From Nitrosopumilaceae archaeon (GTDB taxonomy: Archaea; Thermoproteota; Nitrososphaeria; Nitrososphaerales; Nitrosopumilaceae): a stretch of 32,000 bases of DNA. The notes beneath the pieces were generated by a model. That model ran no database searches. It saw nothing but the letters and a program-made list of their open reading frames with translations, and had not been told where the DNA came from. The stretch covers positions 1,625,695-1,657,694 of the forward strand of contig OZ242376.1 in the NCBI GenBank assembly GCA_965209085.1. The letters run 5' to 3'. A program made the position numbers and the translations under genes. Of the stretch, positions 15,674 to 23,959 are shown one piece after another (the first letter of the stretch is position 1; every line of letters starts with the position of its first letter).

Positions 15674-16861
15674 AGACCTCATACATAATTAACCAAAAAA
15701 TCAATTTTGGCAAATCGAAAGATCTATGATCTAGTATCAGGTGCGCATAGCATATGCCAATCAGACAAACGCATGATCTCTAAACTGAAAAAGACGATCT
15801 TAAAGATGGGAAAGAAGAGTTCCATGCAGGAAAAAAGAATTTCCAATCAAAAAGAAAGAATTTCCAAGCTGGAAGCAAAGAATCAACGCTACAAAAAAAC
15901 GACTCTGAGCATCAATGATGACAAAAGACAGCATGTCGACAAATATTTGAACAAGGGAATTGGGAATGATGTTCATCCATATGAAATGACAGGAATGAAC
16001 CGTGAAGAATTTGAATGGATTCTAGAACGGTTCTGAAAAACCGTGGAAGATTCGTCAGAGACTTCCCGCTTTTCAGAATATGTGGACAATCCTGAAAACA
16101 TCTATATCCTTACCGTAAAGCAAGTTTTGTTTATCGTAGTGCCGCAAACGCAATAATCTCAAACCGGGAGCACTTGCGTTCATTGCAAACGTTGATCAGA
16201 GCACCATTAGCAGATATCTGACCTTTTCTGATGAGCAGTTGATGGATGTTCTTCCAACGGCTAAGAATATTGGTGCTGCAATACGGACAATACGTACAAG
16301 CGAGTTGTTTAAAAAATTCGTACCTGGCAGGGGCGGCGGCGAGATGTATCTTGATGCCACGTTTGTACAGGTTCAAAGGCCGCAGGAGAATCCAGAGGCA
16401 GTATACTCTGGAAAACGCAAGAGGCACGTCTACAGCGTACCGATAGCCTCCAACAAAGATGGAGTGGTAAATGACATTGGCGGTCCAGAAGAGGGCTCAG
16501 TACACGACATGGAGGTACTGCGGCGTAATCTGCCAAATTTTGGCAAATGGACCGATGGTATGAAAAATCCGGACACGAAAAAAGAGCGCCAAATTATGCT
16601 ATATACTGACAAGGGATATCTGTCCGTGGAAAAAGACTATCCTGGAATTATCTCAAAACAACCGTACAAAAAACCAAAGGGCAGGGGATTGACAGAGGCA
16701 GAACGCGAATACAGCAAGAGGATCAGTCGTAAGCGCATAAAAATAGAGCATGCCATAAACTGACTCAAATGGTTCCGTAGAATGAGTGCTGTATATGATG
16801 ATACAATGGATGCGTTTTATACAGAAATCCAAGTGGTTACAGGACTGACCAATCTGCACAT
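15674..16861 (+). mobile_element. IS5/Harbinger-like IS, copy 2, 3'-truncated, transposase decayed
   Basis: The left TIR is agacctcatacataattaacc. It is collinear with copy 1 up to ...accaatctgcacat (16861, equivalent to 2614 in copy 1), then diverges. Copy-specific lesions are a TGA at ILERF*, a 2-nt insertion creating a TAG before the HTH region, and a small internal duplication (agaatttccaa x2). It shares the TGA after IEHAIN with copy 1. Confidence 0.75.
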
Positions 16862-17020
16862 GTCCAATTTGCATCAGAGAGTAACATTTCTGAATTTTAC
16901 CGGCGTCTTGCAAAAAAGAGAGGATCATCCAAGGCCAAAGTTGCAGCAGCGGCCAAGATGCTTGATGTCATATTTGGTATGCTAAAGGATAGGAGTGAAT
17001 TTGAAATACATCATAGTTAA
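16862..17020 (+). pseudogene. 3'-terminal fragment of an IS110-family transposase gene
   Basis: Translation ...NISEFYRRLAKKRGSSKAKVAAAAKMLDVIFGMLKDRSEFEIHHS* matches the conserved C-terminal pattern of IS110-type transposases (FY.RL...GK..KVA..A.ARKLL.I....L). No upstream DEDD domain is present. Confidence 0.6.
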
Positions 17021-17428
17021 AGCAACAAACCGCGGGTTAGACTTTGGAGATGTTACCCCGGTTGCATAACTGCGGTAAGCTTTAACATGTGGATAAAGAT
17101 GGTTGTGGGATTAAATCCCGAATGGATAGATGTCTTTTCATCTTTTGGTTGGAAACAGACACATGGCGAAAGCCATACCGCATGACACAAAAAAGCAAGA
17201 AACCTTTAAAAAATATTCACATGAATATGGTCTAATCATCATATTCTAGATGTGGAACTTTGGACAGATGTGAATTTTTTTTTGAATTGTATCTTGTAGG
17301 TGTCACTTGCAGTTTTCAATATTTTCCAATATGTGCTGCAAATGATTTCCGCATAAAGTACAAACAGCATTGAAGAATATTTTCTAGTTTATCATATGAG
17401 AAAACGTTTTCTGTAAAAATACATGTGG

Positions 17429-17454
17429 AAAAAATCTAGCAGACAGCGTCTGCT
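17429..17454 (-). terminator. Hairpin plus T-run downstream of amoB
   Basis: The minus strand reads AGCAGAC-gct-GTCTGCT (7-bp stem) followed by agatttttt, about 28 nt after the amoB stop. Confidence 0.5.
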
Positions 17455-17481
17455 GGTATGTTGAAAAATGAGATAAGTTTA

Positions 17482-18051
17482 CTAGATTACTTGCCAAGGT
17501 CTTGTAGCGAATGTTATTACATATCCGACGCCAATTATGATTGACTGGTATGCAATGTTTGTGTAAGGTATCTCTTTGAGAATGTAAGAACCTTCGACTA
17601 CGACTGTTTGTCCCGGACCAAGACCTGGACCAACGGTTGCCACGTTGAGTTGTGTGTGTACATGGTATACACCAGGCTCTAAAGCCTTTGCGCAGATTTT
17701 GTATGGGACAAGATCGTTTCCTTCAATGTCAAAGACGTTTCCAGGAGGATCTCTAGATTGTATCTCCCATCTGTTTCCTGCATTAGTTGATTCTGAGAAT
17801 ATTGAAACCCATGCTCTCAGATCTCTTTCTACAAGACTTTGTAGTTCGCCTTCAAGACAAAGTTGTTCACCAGTATTAAATGACTGTCCGTTAAAGGTTT
17901 CATCTTGGATCTTTACGAAACGACTTTGTAGTTGTGCTTGAACTCCGTGTGCTTCTGCAGTAGGCAGTATGGTATCAACCCAGTTGAAACCGAGGCTACC
18001 TAGTGCCAAAACTGCACCAAGTCCAATTACAAGAATTGTGTTGTTTTTCAT
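17482..18051 (-). CDS. amoB: Ammonia monooxygenase subunit B (archaeal, short form)
   Basis: 189 aa. A signal/TM segment is followed by AHGVQAQLQSRF...SIFSESTNAGNRWE...RDPPGNVFDI...PGVYHVHTQLNVATVGPGLGPGQ, which are characteristic archaeal AmoB motifs. Confidence 0.93.
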   Translation of the reverse strand: MKNNTILVIGLGAVLALGSLGFNWVDTILPTAEAHGVQAQLQSRFVKIQDETFNGQSFNTGEQLCLEGELQSLVERDLRAWVSIFSESTNAGNRWEIQSRDPPGNVFDIEGNDLVPYKICAKALEPGVYHVHTQLNVATVGPGLGPGQTVVVEGSYILKEIPYTNIAYQSIIIGVGYVITFATRPWQVI

Positions 18052-18261
18052 ATCTGTTAACTTGCATCAAACTACACATGGTTATATGTTTTATCTTATC
18101 ATACGTGAGTTGGATATTGTTTAATGGCTATGATTAACATAGTTTTAATATCTGTAAATAATGAATAATAGCAATTTTTTATCAAAATATTCAAAATTAT
18201 CGCATACATTTTAGCAATATTTATGTTAATTTTCATGCATTTACGTATATTTGATACTATT

Positions 18262-18272
18262 GCTTTATATCA
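18262..18272 (+). promoter_or_regulatory. TATA-like box for amoC
   Basis: ctttatatc lies 23-29 nt upstream of ATG 18293, in the 240-bp AT-rich divergent amoB/amoC spacer. Confidence 0.4.
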
Positions 18273-18292
18273 GATGAAGTGGTAATATCAGT

Positions 18293-18856
18293 ATGACACA
18301 AATGCCGGCACTGATCCCAAAAGAAGTCGAAATCCAAAGATTGAAAAAGATTTGGCTCATCATAATAGCCATGGGTTCTGTTGCTGCATCCGTCGAAGTA
18401 GACAACTTCGTCGACGGATCTCTGCACCAAACATCTATCAGAGATAGCGCATTTACTCCAGCACACTGGTGGCTATATTCCCACTTTGTGGCGCTACCAC
18501 TCGGTTGGGGTTCTGTAGCAATCTATGACAGAAAGGTGCCCATACTTCGTGGACCAAACAACTCGATGAACACGGGACTCAAAATGACCATTCTTGGTTA
18601 TCTTGCAACCATGTTTACGATTGGTATAAATGAAATGTGGCACTTTTGGTTTGTAGAAGAGATATTTGCAGTACCGAACCACTGGATGTTCAACATGGGT
18701 GTTGTTGTGGCCTTTATGGGCGCTCTAGCTTACGTAGTTAGAGTGTACGCAAGGCTCGTCGAACTTGGCGCAGAAACGCCTGGTGAGAACCCCTATATCG
18801 CCGAGATGTACAAGATGGCTTTAGAGGGCAAACTATACAGCAGATCCATACCCTAG
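18293..18856 (+). CDS. amoC: Ammonia monooxygenase subunit C (archaeal)
   Basis: 187 aa: ...VDNFVDGSLHQTSIRDSAFTPAHWWLYSHFVALPLGWG...INEMWHFWFVEEIFAVPNHWMFN... This is the typical archaeal AmoC. Confidence 0.93.
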   Translation: MTQMPALIPKEVEIQRLKKIWLIIIAMGSVAASVEVDNFVDGSLHQTSIRDSAFTPAHWWLYSHFVALPLGWGSVAIYDRKVPILRGPNNSMNTGLKMTILGYLATMFTIGINEMWHFWFVEEIFAVPNHWMFNMGVVVAFMGALAYVVRVYARLVELGAETPGENPYIAEMYKMALEGKLYSRSIP

Positions 18857-18870
18857 ATGCAACGCACCAA

Positions 18871-18887
18871 TTTTTTTATTTTTATTT
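18871..18887 (+). terminator. Oligo-T tract downstream of amoC
   Basis: tttttttatttttattt begins 15 nt after the amoC stop. Confidence 0.5.
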
Positions 18888-19067
18888 CACCATCAGCGAA
18901 TGCTGTACAACAGTTTGCACCCAATTTTTCAGAGGCTATTATTCCAGGTTCCGGCAGCCGCTTCCACCTATGCCTAAAACGAGGTTATTTTGCAGGCAAT
19001 TATACCCATATATCGCATATAAGGCAATTTGAGAAATGTATATATCATACACAAATAACCTGAATTC

Positions 19068-19337
19068 ATGCTACCTGTATTAGGAATGTTCCTGAATATC
19101 ATATCAGCACTGACTGGACAGCTTGGACCAAACTATGATCCATTGTTCTACGATGTGATGGTCTACATCTTTGGCACAATAATGTTTACGGTTTTCCTGC
19201 TATCAATCATAGCTTACTGGCTACGTGTACACGGCTGGGGCTACAAAGACAACCGCGAACGCTGGATTGACGAATTAGACAGACATTTTGAAAGAGAAGG
19301 TATCGGTCTCATTCCAGACAACGGAAAGTACTGGTAA
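19068..19337 (+). CDS. Small membrane protein (89 aa) next to amoC; candidate AMO accessory subunit
   Basis: Hydrophobic segments MLPVLGMFLNIISALTG and VMVYIFGTIMFTVFLLSIIAYWL, followed by a charged C-terminal tail. It has its own TATA-like gtatatatc about 30 nt upstream and is followed by a strong T-run. Confidence 0.55.
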   Translation: MLPVLGMFLNIISALTGQLGPNYDPLFYDVMVYIFGTIMFTVFLLSIIAYWLRVHGWGYKDNRERWIDELDRHFEREGIGLIPDNGKYW

Positions 19338-19339
19338 TC

Positions 19340-19360
19340 TTTTTTTATATTTTTATTTTT
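19340..19360 (+). terminator. Oligo-T tract after the 89-aa ORF
   Basis: tttttttatatttttattttt begins 3 nt after the stop codon. Confidence 0.5.
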
Positions 19361-19442
19361 CAAACCCACAGGGTTGGAATTTGCAGCTTGCCGCAAAACA
19401 CGTTAGAAAAACTATGAAAAGTCAGATTTAATTTTTCGCAAG

Positions 19443-19979
19443 TTATTGGATTGGGTCTACTGGTAAAAAGTCACGATCCTTTACATCATCATATTCTTTT
19501 GTCATAAACTTTGCAACATAATGCTCTTTGTCCACAAACGGCACTCGGATAAAGCTGTTTACAGGTTTGCCGTCTACCAGTACTGTCGATCTGCTTTCAT
19601 CCATGTCCCGCAGTGGAAAGTCCCACATCCATAGAAAATGTCCCAGCTCAAACGGCCACTCTTCTTCCCATGTTGCATATATTTTGCCATCATCTGCAAG
19701 CGTGTACATTGTTCTTTTACATCCATCATCAAATCCCACGTTGGCAGGAATATCCGCTTTTTGTCCGTCAACATACAGTTCCAGTGTTGCAGAAATTTCA
19801 TACGGAGTGTACCTGTTGTTGATGCACACTTTGAGAGGATTGTCCACGTTAAGCTGGGTTTGTACTGCAGTGCTAGCTGCTGCAACTGATATTGCAATCA
19901 CCGCCGTAATTATGAGGAATTTTAACGTCTGTTTTCTTTTGGCTGGATCACCCATGCCGGGCCAGTTCATGACATACAC
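19443..19979 (-). CDS. N-terminally anchored membrane protein with a ~130-aa extracytoplasmic domain (hypothetical)
   Basis: A basic N-terminus (PAKRKQTLK) is followed by the TM helix FLIITAVIAISVAAASTAV and then a soluble domain with two Cys residues. No family recognised. The start may be one of the internal Met residues (MNWPGMGD). Confidence 0.55.
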   Translation of the reverse strand: MYVMNWPGMGDPAKRKQTLKFLIITAVIAISVAAASTAVQTQLNVDNPLKVCINNRYTPYEISATLELYVDGQKADIPANVGFDDGCKRTMYTLADDGKIYATWEEEWPFELGHFLWMWDFPLRDMDESRSTVLVDGKPVNSFIRVPFVDKEHYVAKFMTKEYDDVKDRDFLPVDPIQ

Positions 19980-20073
19980 ACAAGTAAGATTCCTTAAAGT
20001 CTTTTCTAAAAACCAGTATTATTCAAAACATACCTTGCGGTAAGTGTCAAACAATAAAAATAGAAAACAGGGA

Positions 20074-20403
20074 TTAGCCTCTACCTTGTGCTGCGTATTT
20101 GCCTTTGCGACTACGTATCATAAATACGCCTGCAATGCTGCCAAAGATGGCACCAGATATCACAGAAGCACCCAAGACGCTGCTTGCGTCAATATACGGA
20201 GTTCCCGAGCCAGCACCTGGATTATTTTTTACAGCTAAAACACGTGCATGTTGGAGTTTTAGAGCCTCTTCCAAGGTAAATCTACCAGTTTCGCCTTCAG
20301 AGCCAACGTTACCACCATAGTATTGTGCTGAAGCACTGGTAATACCAAGGCTTACAACAAGTACTGAAGCGAGAATACCAGATAAGAGTAGTGTTGTATT
20401 CAT
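20074..20403 (-). CDS. Small secreted/anchored protein (109 aa): signal peptide plus C-terminal TM helix and basic tail
   Basis: MNTTLLLSGILASVLVVSLGITSASA... then ...VISGAIFGSIAGVFMIRSRKGKY. The start was moved to ATG 20403, which has a TATA-like gttaaatac about 25 nt upstream. The ORF-track start at 20466 would lie inside the MITE. Confidence 0.55.
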   Translation of the reverse strand: MNTTLLLSGILASVLVVSLGITSASAQYYGGNVGSEGETGRFTLEEALKLQHARVLAVKNNPGAGSGTPYIDASSVLGASVISGAIFGSIAGVFMIRSRKGKYAAQGRG

Positions 20404-20451
20404 GTATGTTTTAAACAACCAAGAGTATTTAACTTTACCTTTATTTTTGGT

Positions 20452-20532
20452 GTATAAGGTCAGCATCTCGTGCTATTTTGTGCCTACATCTTCATTTATT
20501 GCATAAATTCTAGGCATGACGTGACCTCATAC
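20452..20532 (-). mobile_element. 81-bp MITE-like element, copy B
   Basis: It is flanked by a perfect 8-bp direct repeat, tttttggt (20444-20451 and 20533-20540). The TIRs are gtataaggtca / tgacctcatac. It lies in the divergent spacer between the 109-aa ORF and rps15. Confidence 0.85.
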
Positions 20533-20587
20533 TTTTTGGTCATCTCAAAGGCAAAGGTTAATCTTGAAACAAATATGCCACGTTTAC

Positions 20588-21037
20588 ATGGGCAGACTAC
20601 ATTCGCATAGGCACGGCAAATCCCACTCTACTAGACCGATAACTGCGGTAATTCCAAAATGGGTCACGCAGGATACGGCCGAGATAGAAGATATGATTGA
20701 AAAATATGCCAAAGATGGCATGAGTCCAAGTCAGATAGGGATAAAGCTGCGCGATCAACACTCCATACCACTTACAAAATCCATTACGGGTAAGACAATA
20801 TCGGAGATACTTGTAGAGCACAAACTGCTCCCCGATCTGCCGGAAGATTTGGACAACATGGTCAAAAAGGCAGTAGGTTTGCAAAGACACCTCAAAGTAA
20901 ACAAGGGCGATCGGCGTAACGTCAGATCCTTGGAGCTCATAGAGGCCAAAGTTCACAGACTTACCGTATATTACAAGCGCATAGAGCGCATTCCGAAAAA
21001 CTGGAAATATAAGTCAGTCATTGCCCAATTAGAATAA
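20588..21037 (+). CDS. rps15: 30S ribosomal protein S15 (uS15, S13e-like)
   Basis: MGRLHSHRHGKSHSTRP... is the typical archaeal S15 N-terminus. The start was set at ATG 20588. Confidence 0.9.
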   Translation: MGRLHSHRHGKSHSTRPITAVIPKWVTQDTAEIEDMIEKYAKDGMSPSQIGIKLRDQHSIPLTKSITGKTISEILVEHKLLPDLPEDLDNMVKKAVGLQRHLKVNKGDRRNVRSLELIEAKVHRLTVYYKRIERIPKNWKYKSVIAQLE

Positions 21038-21038
21038 C

Positions 21039-22451
21039 ATGCAAAAAGACCTTGGAGAATCGCTTTCGTATTTTGCAGATACTATACACGATGCGATCAA
21101 AACCGGAAAAACATTTTCTGTTACGACCCATTCAGACTGTGACGGATTAGTTTCAGGATCCATACTCTCCTCGGCACTTGACAGGGCGGGTGCAAAATTT
21201 ACCATTAGAACCATACAGGGGTTTGAAGTGGATTCTGTAAAATCCCTCGAACGCGACGTAAATCTGATAACCGATCTTGGCAGTAATAACGCATCCGAGA
21301 TTGAATCAAAGATTGGCGGCGAGTGGTTTGTTTTGGATCACCACAGTGCGTCAGATTCAGAGTTGGAAAATCAAAGAGTGATAAACTCTTGGAAGTTTGG
21401 AATCGATGGCGGTACTGAGGCATGCAGTGGTACAATGGCATATCTTGCTTCAGTTGCGCTTGATTCGGATAATTCGGATCTTTCAAAATTAGCTTTGGTT
21501 GCGGCAATAGGGGACAGGCAGGACAAAGGCGAGAGAAAAACAATGCTAGGAGAGAATGCAAAAGTGCTAAAAACTGCCATAGATGCCGGACTTGTCGAAT
21601 CACATCAGGATCTGCTTTTGGTTGGAAGGGAAACGCGCCCGCTTGCAGACGCGATGGCATTTACTGCAAGACCGTTTATCGAGGGGGTTACGTGGAATCA
21701 TAAAGCATGCATGGAGATTTTAAAATTATGCAACATTCCGCTAAAAAACGGAGGCAGATGGCGCGTTCCCGCAGAGCTCTCAAAGGAAGAAAAAGATTCC
21801 ATTTTAAAATCACTAGTAGAGCATGCACACGGTGAGAATGCCTCAGCGGTAATCCACGAGATGATTGGCAGTGCGTACATTTTGAGTATGGAAGAATATG
21901 GAAGCTGCACGCGCGATGCCAGGGAATTTTCCACAATGTTAAATTCCTGTGGGCGCATCGGCATGCCAGGTATTGGCATCGCAGTGTGCATGGGAGAACG
22001 CGGTACAATGCTCAAAGAAGCAGACGGGATGCTCGTACAGTACCGTTCTATGATTAAAGAATACATGAATGTGCTCTCCGGCGAGAGATGGAGAACTAGC
22101 AGCAGTGGCAAATGTATAATGGTTGACGGAAGCGGACTTGTTCCAGAATATATGACCGGTACTGTATCCTCGGTTATAGCAGGAGCGCCAAAAAACGCCG
22201 GAAAGATTGTCATTTTGAGAACCAACAGCGGCGGAGATTCTGTGAAATTCTCCTCGCGCAAATCATCCAAATTTGCCGGTAAAATCAGCCTCAGCGATGT
22301 TATGCACAATGGAGCGAAAAAATTTGACGGTATGGGCGGAGGCCACGATGGGGCTGCAAGTGCCCGCATAACTAGAGACAAATTAGACGGTTTTCTTGAC
22401 TATCTTGAGGCAAATGTCGCTAACGTGCAAGATCAGGATAATAATCCGTGA
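21039..22451 (+). CDS. DHH-family phosphoesterase, archaeal RecJ/Cdc45 (GAN)-like
   Basis: DHH motifs are present: HSDCDGLVSGSIL, VLDHH and, near the C-terminus, GGGHDGAASARI. 470 aa. Confidence 0.8.
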   Translation: MQKDLGESLSYFADTIHDAIKTGKTFSVTTHSDCDGLVSGSILSSALDRAGAKFTIRTIQGFEVDSVKSLERDVNLITDLGSNNASEIESKIGGEWFVLDHHSASDSELENQRVINSWKFGIDGGTEACSGTMAYLASVALDSDNSDLSKLALVAAIGDRQDKGERKTMLGENAKVLKTAIDAGLVESHQDLLLVGRETRPLADAMAFTARPFIEGVTWNHKACMEILKLCNIPLKNGGRWRVPAELSKEEKDSILKSLVEHAHGENASAVIHEMIGSAYILSMEEYGSCTRDAREFSTMLNSCGRIGMPGIGIAVCMGERGTMLKEADGMLVQYRSMIKEYMNVLSGERWRTSSSGKCIMVDGSGLVPEYMTGTVSSVIAGAPKNAGKIVILRTNSGGDSVKFSSRKSSKFAGKISLSDVMHNGAKKFDGMGGGHDGAASARITRDKLDGFLDYLEANVANVQDQDNNP

Positions 22452-22452
22452 A

Positions 22453-22659
22453 ATGACCAAAGAGAAGATCAAGACTGTTTGTGAATCACTAGAACCGGAC
22501 AATGTTGATTTTCCAAAAGGCCTGTCCATGAGCATAAAACATGAATCAACGGTACTGTTTTTGGATTTTGAAGGAACCGGCAGGGCTGTGGCATCTCTTT
22601 CTCCTACAATAGACGAGGTGCTCGGACACGTGCAGACATCGCTTGGAGTTATAAAATAA
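22453..22659 (+). CDS. Small protein resembling KEOPS subunit Pcc1
   Basis: 68 aa: IKTVCESLEPDNVDFPKGLSMSIKHESTVLFLDFEGTGRAVASLSPTIDEVLGHVQ. Size and alternating pattern resemble Pcc1/CTAG. The ATG lies 1 nt after the RecJ-like gene's stop. Confidence 0.4.
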   Translation: MTKEKIKTVCESLEPDNVDFPKGLSMSIKHESTVLFLDFEGTGRAVASLSPTIDEVLGHVQTSLGVIK

Positions 22660-22660
22660 A

Positions 22661-23923
22661 ATGCTGGATCCGGACATACTGCGCGAAAAACCACAAGAGG
22701 TCCGGCGCATGCTGCAAAAACGTGGTGTGGAATTTGACATTGAAGGACTGCTTGCTGTAAACGAGACAAGACTCAAAGATATGGCATCAAGTGATGCACT
22801 GCGTCATGAAAGAAACAAAATGGGCAAGATGATCTCGGATGCAAAAAAATCCGGCAATGATCCGGCAGATCTGTTCAAAAAAATGACCGAAATCTCAGAG
22901 CAGATTACAAGAGCCGAAGAGGCTAGCATGGAATCGGAAAAAAAATACCGCCGTCTAGCGTTTACAATGCCCAACATGTTGGATGAGACAGTCCCGACAG
23001 GTCCGGATGAATCAGCAAACAAGCTTGTCCGCAAATGGGGCGATAATACAAATGCTGAATTTGAGTCAAAAAACCATCTAGACGTTGCAGCATCTTCGAA
23101 TATGATAGACATGGAAAGAGCTGCAAAGACTGCCGGTTCCAGATTTTATTATCTGCGCGACGGGCTAGTGCGGCTCAACCAGGCAATCATATCTTACTCG
23201 TTGGATTTTCTCTCAGGCAAAGGCTACGGTCTAGTGCAGCCTCCATACATGATAAACCGTGCCGCAATGGAGGGGGCAATCATAACCGAGGACTTTGAGG
23301 ATGTCATATACAAAATAGAGGATGAGGATTTGTACCTCATAGGCACCTCCGAGCATGCAATGGCTGCCATGCATTCAAAAGAGATCATAGAGGGGGCAGA
23401 TATTCCCAAAAGATACGCAGGAGTCAGCCCGTGCTTTAGAAAAGAAGCCGGAGCGCACGGCAGAGATCAAAAAGGAATATTCCGCGTGCATCAGTTTGAA
23501 AAAATAGAACAGTTTGTCTTTACAAGACCTGAAGAATCACGTCAAGAGCACGAAAAGATGCTTGAGATTGCAGAAGAATTTTATCAGAATTTGGAGATAC
23601 CCTACAGGGTCATGCTGCTATGTACCGGGGATATTGGTAAAGTCTCGGCCAAAACATACGACATTGAAGCGTGGATGCCGGCCCAAAAGGCGTATAGGGA
23701 AATTGTCTCATGTTCCAACTGTCTTGACTATCAGACCCGCAGGCTCTTAATCCGGTACAGAGAGCGCACAAACGAGCAAACATCCTATCCTCATACGCTA
23801 AACTCAACTTTGGCGGCAACCACAAGGGTCATGGTTGCAATTTTGGAGAATTTTCAGACAAAGGACGGACATGTCGCCGTTCCAAACCCCCTCAGGGCAT
23901 ACATGGGCAGGGAAATTCTCTGA
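22661..23923 (+). CDS. serS: Seryl-tRNA synthetase
   Basis: An N-terminal coiled coil (MLDPDILREKPQEVRRML...) is followed by class II motifs (RFYYL, FRKEAGAHGRDQKGIFRVHQFEK, TLNSTLAATTR). Confidence 0.92.
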   Translation: MLDPDILREKPQEVRRMLQKRGVEFDIEGLLAVNETRLKDMASSDALRHERNKMGKMISDAKKSGNDPADLFKKMTEISEQITRAEEASMESEKKYRRLAFTMPNMLDETVPTGPDESANKLVRKWGDNTNAEFESKNHLDVAASSNMIDMERAAKTAGSRFYYLRDGLVRLNQAIISYSLDFLSGKGYGLVQPPYMINRAAMEGAIITEDFEDVIYKIEDEDLYLIGTSEHAMAAMHSKEIIEGADIPKRYAGVSPCFRKEAGAHGRDQKGIFRVHQFEKIEQFVFTRPEESRQEHEKMLEIAEEFYQNLEIPYRVMLLCTGDIGKVSAKTYDIEAWMPAQKAYREIVSCSNCLDYQTRRLLIRYRERTNEQTSYPHTLNSTLAATTRVMVAILENFQTKDGHVAVPNPLRAYMGREIL

Positions 23924-23959
23924 CGTACCCTTATATTTTGGACTAGGAGCACATGGCTA

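Noticed and set aside
18857-19063. A 68-aa ORF immediately after amoC.
   Set aside because: It starts inside the amoC stop and T-run terminator region and spans the promoter of the next gene. Its translation is low-complexity.
15384-20532. The two 81-bp inverted copies first looked like breakpoints of a 5-kb inversion explaining the amoB/amoC order.
   Set aside because: Each copy has its own flanking 8-bp direct repeat (aagatgg[a/g] and tttttggt) and its own 11-bp TIRs. They are therefore independent insertions of a small element, not a duplicated breakpoint. They remain possible recombination substrates, but nothing in the sequence shows that an inversion happened.
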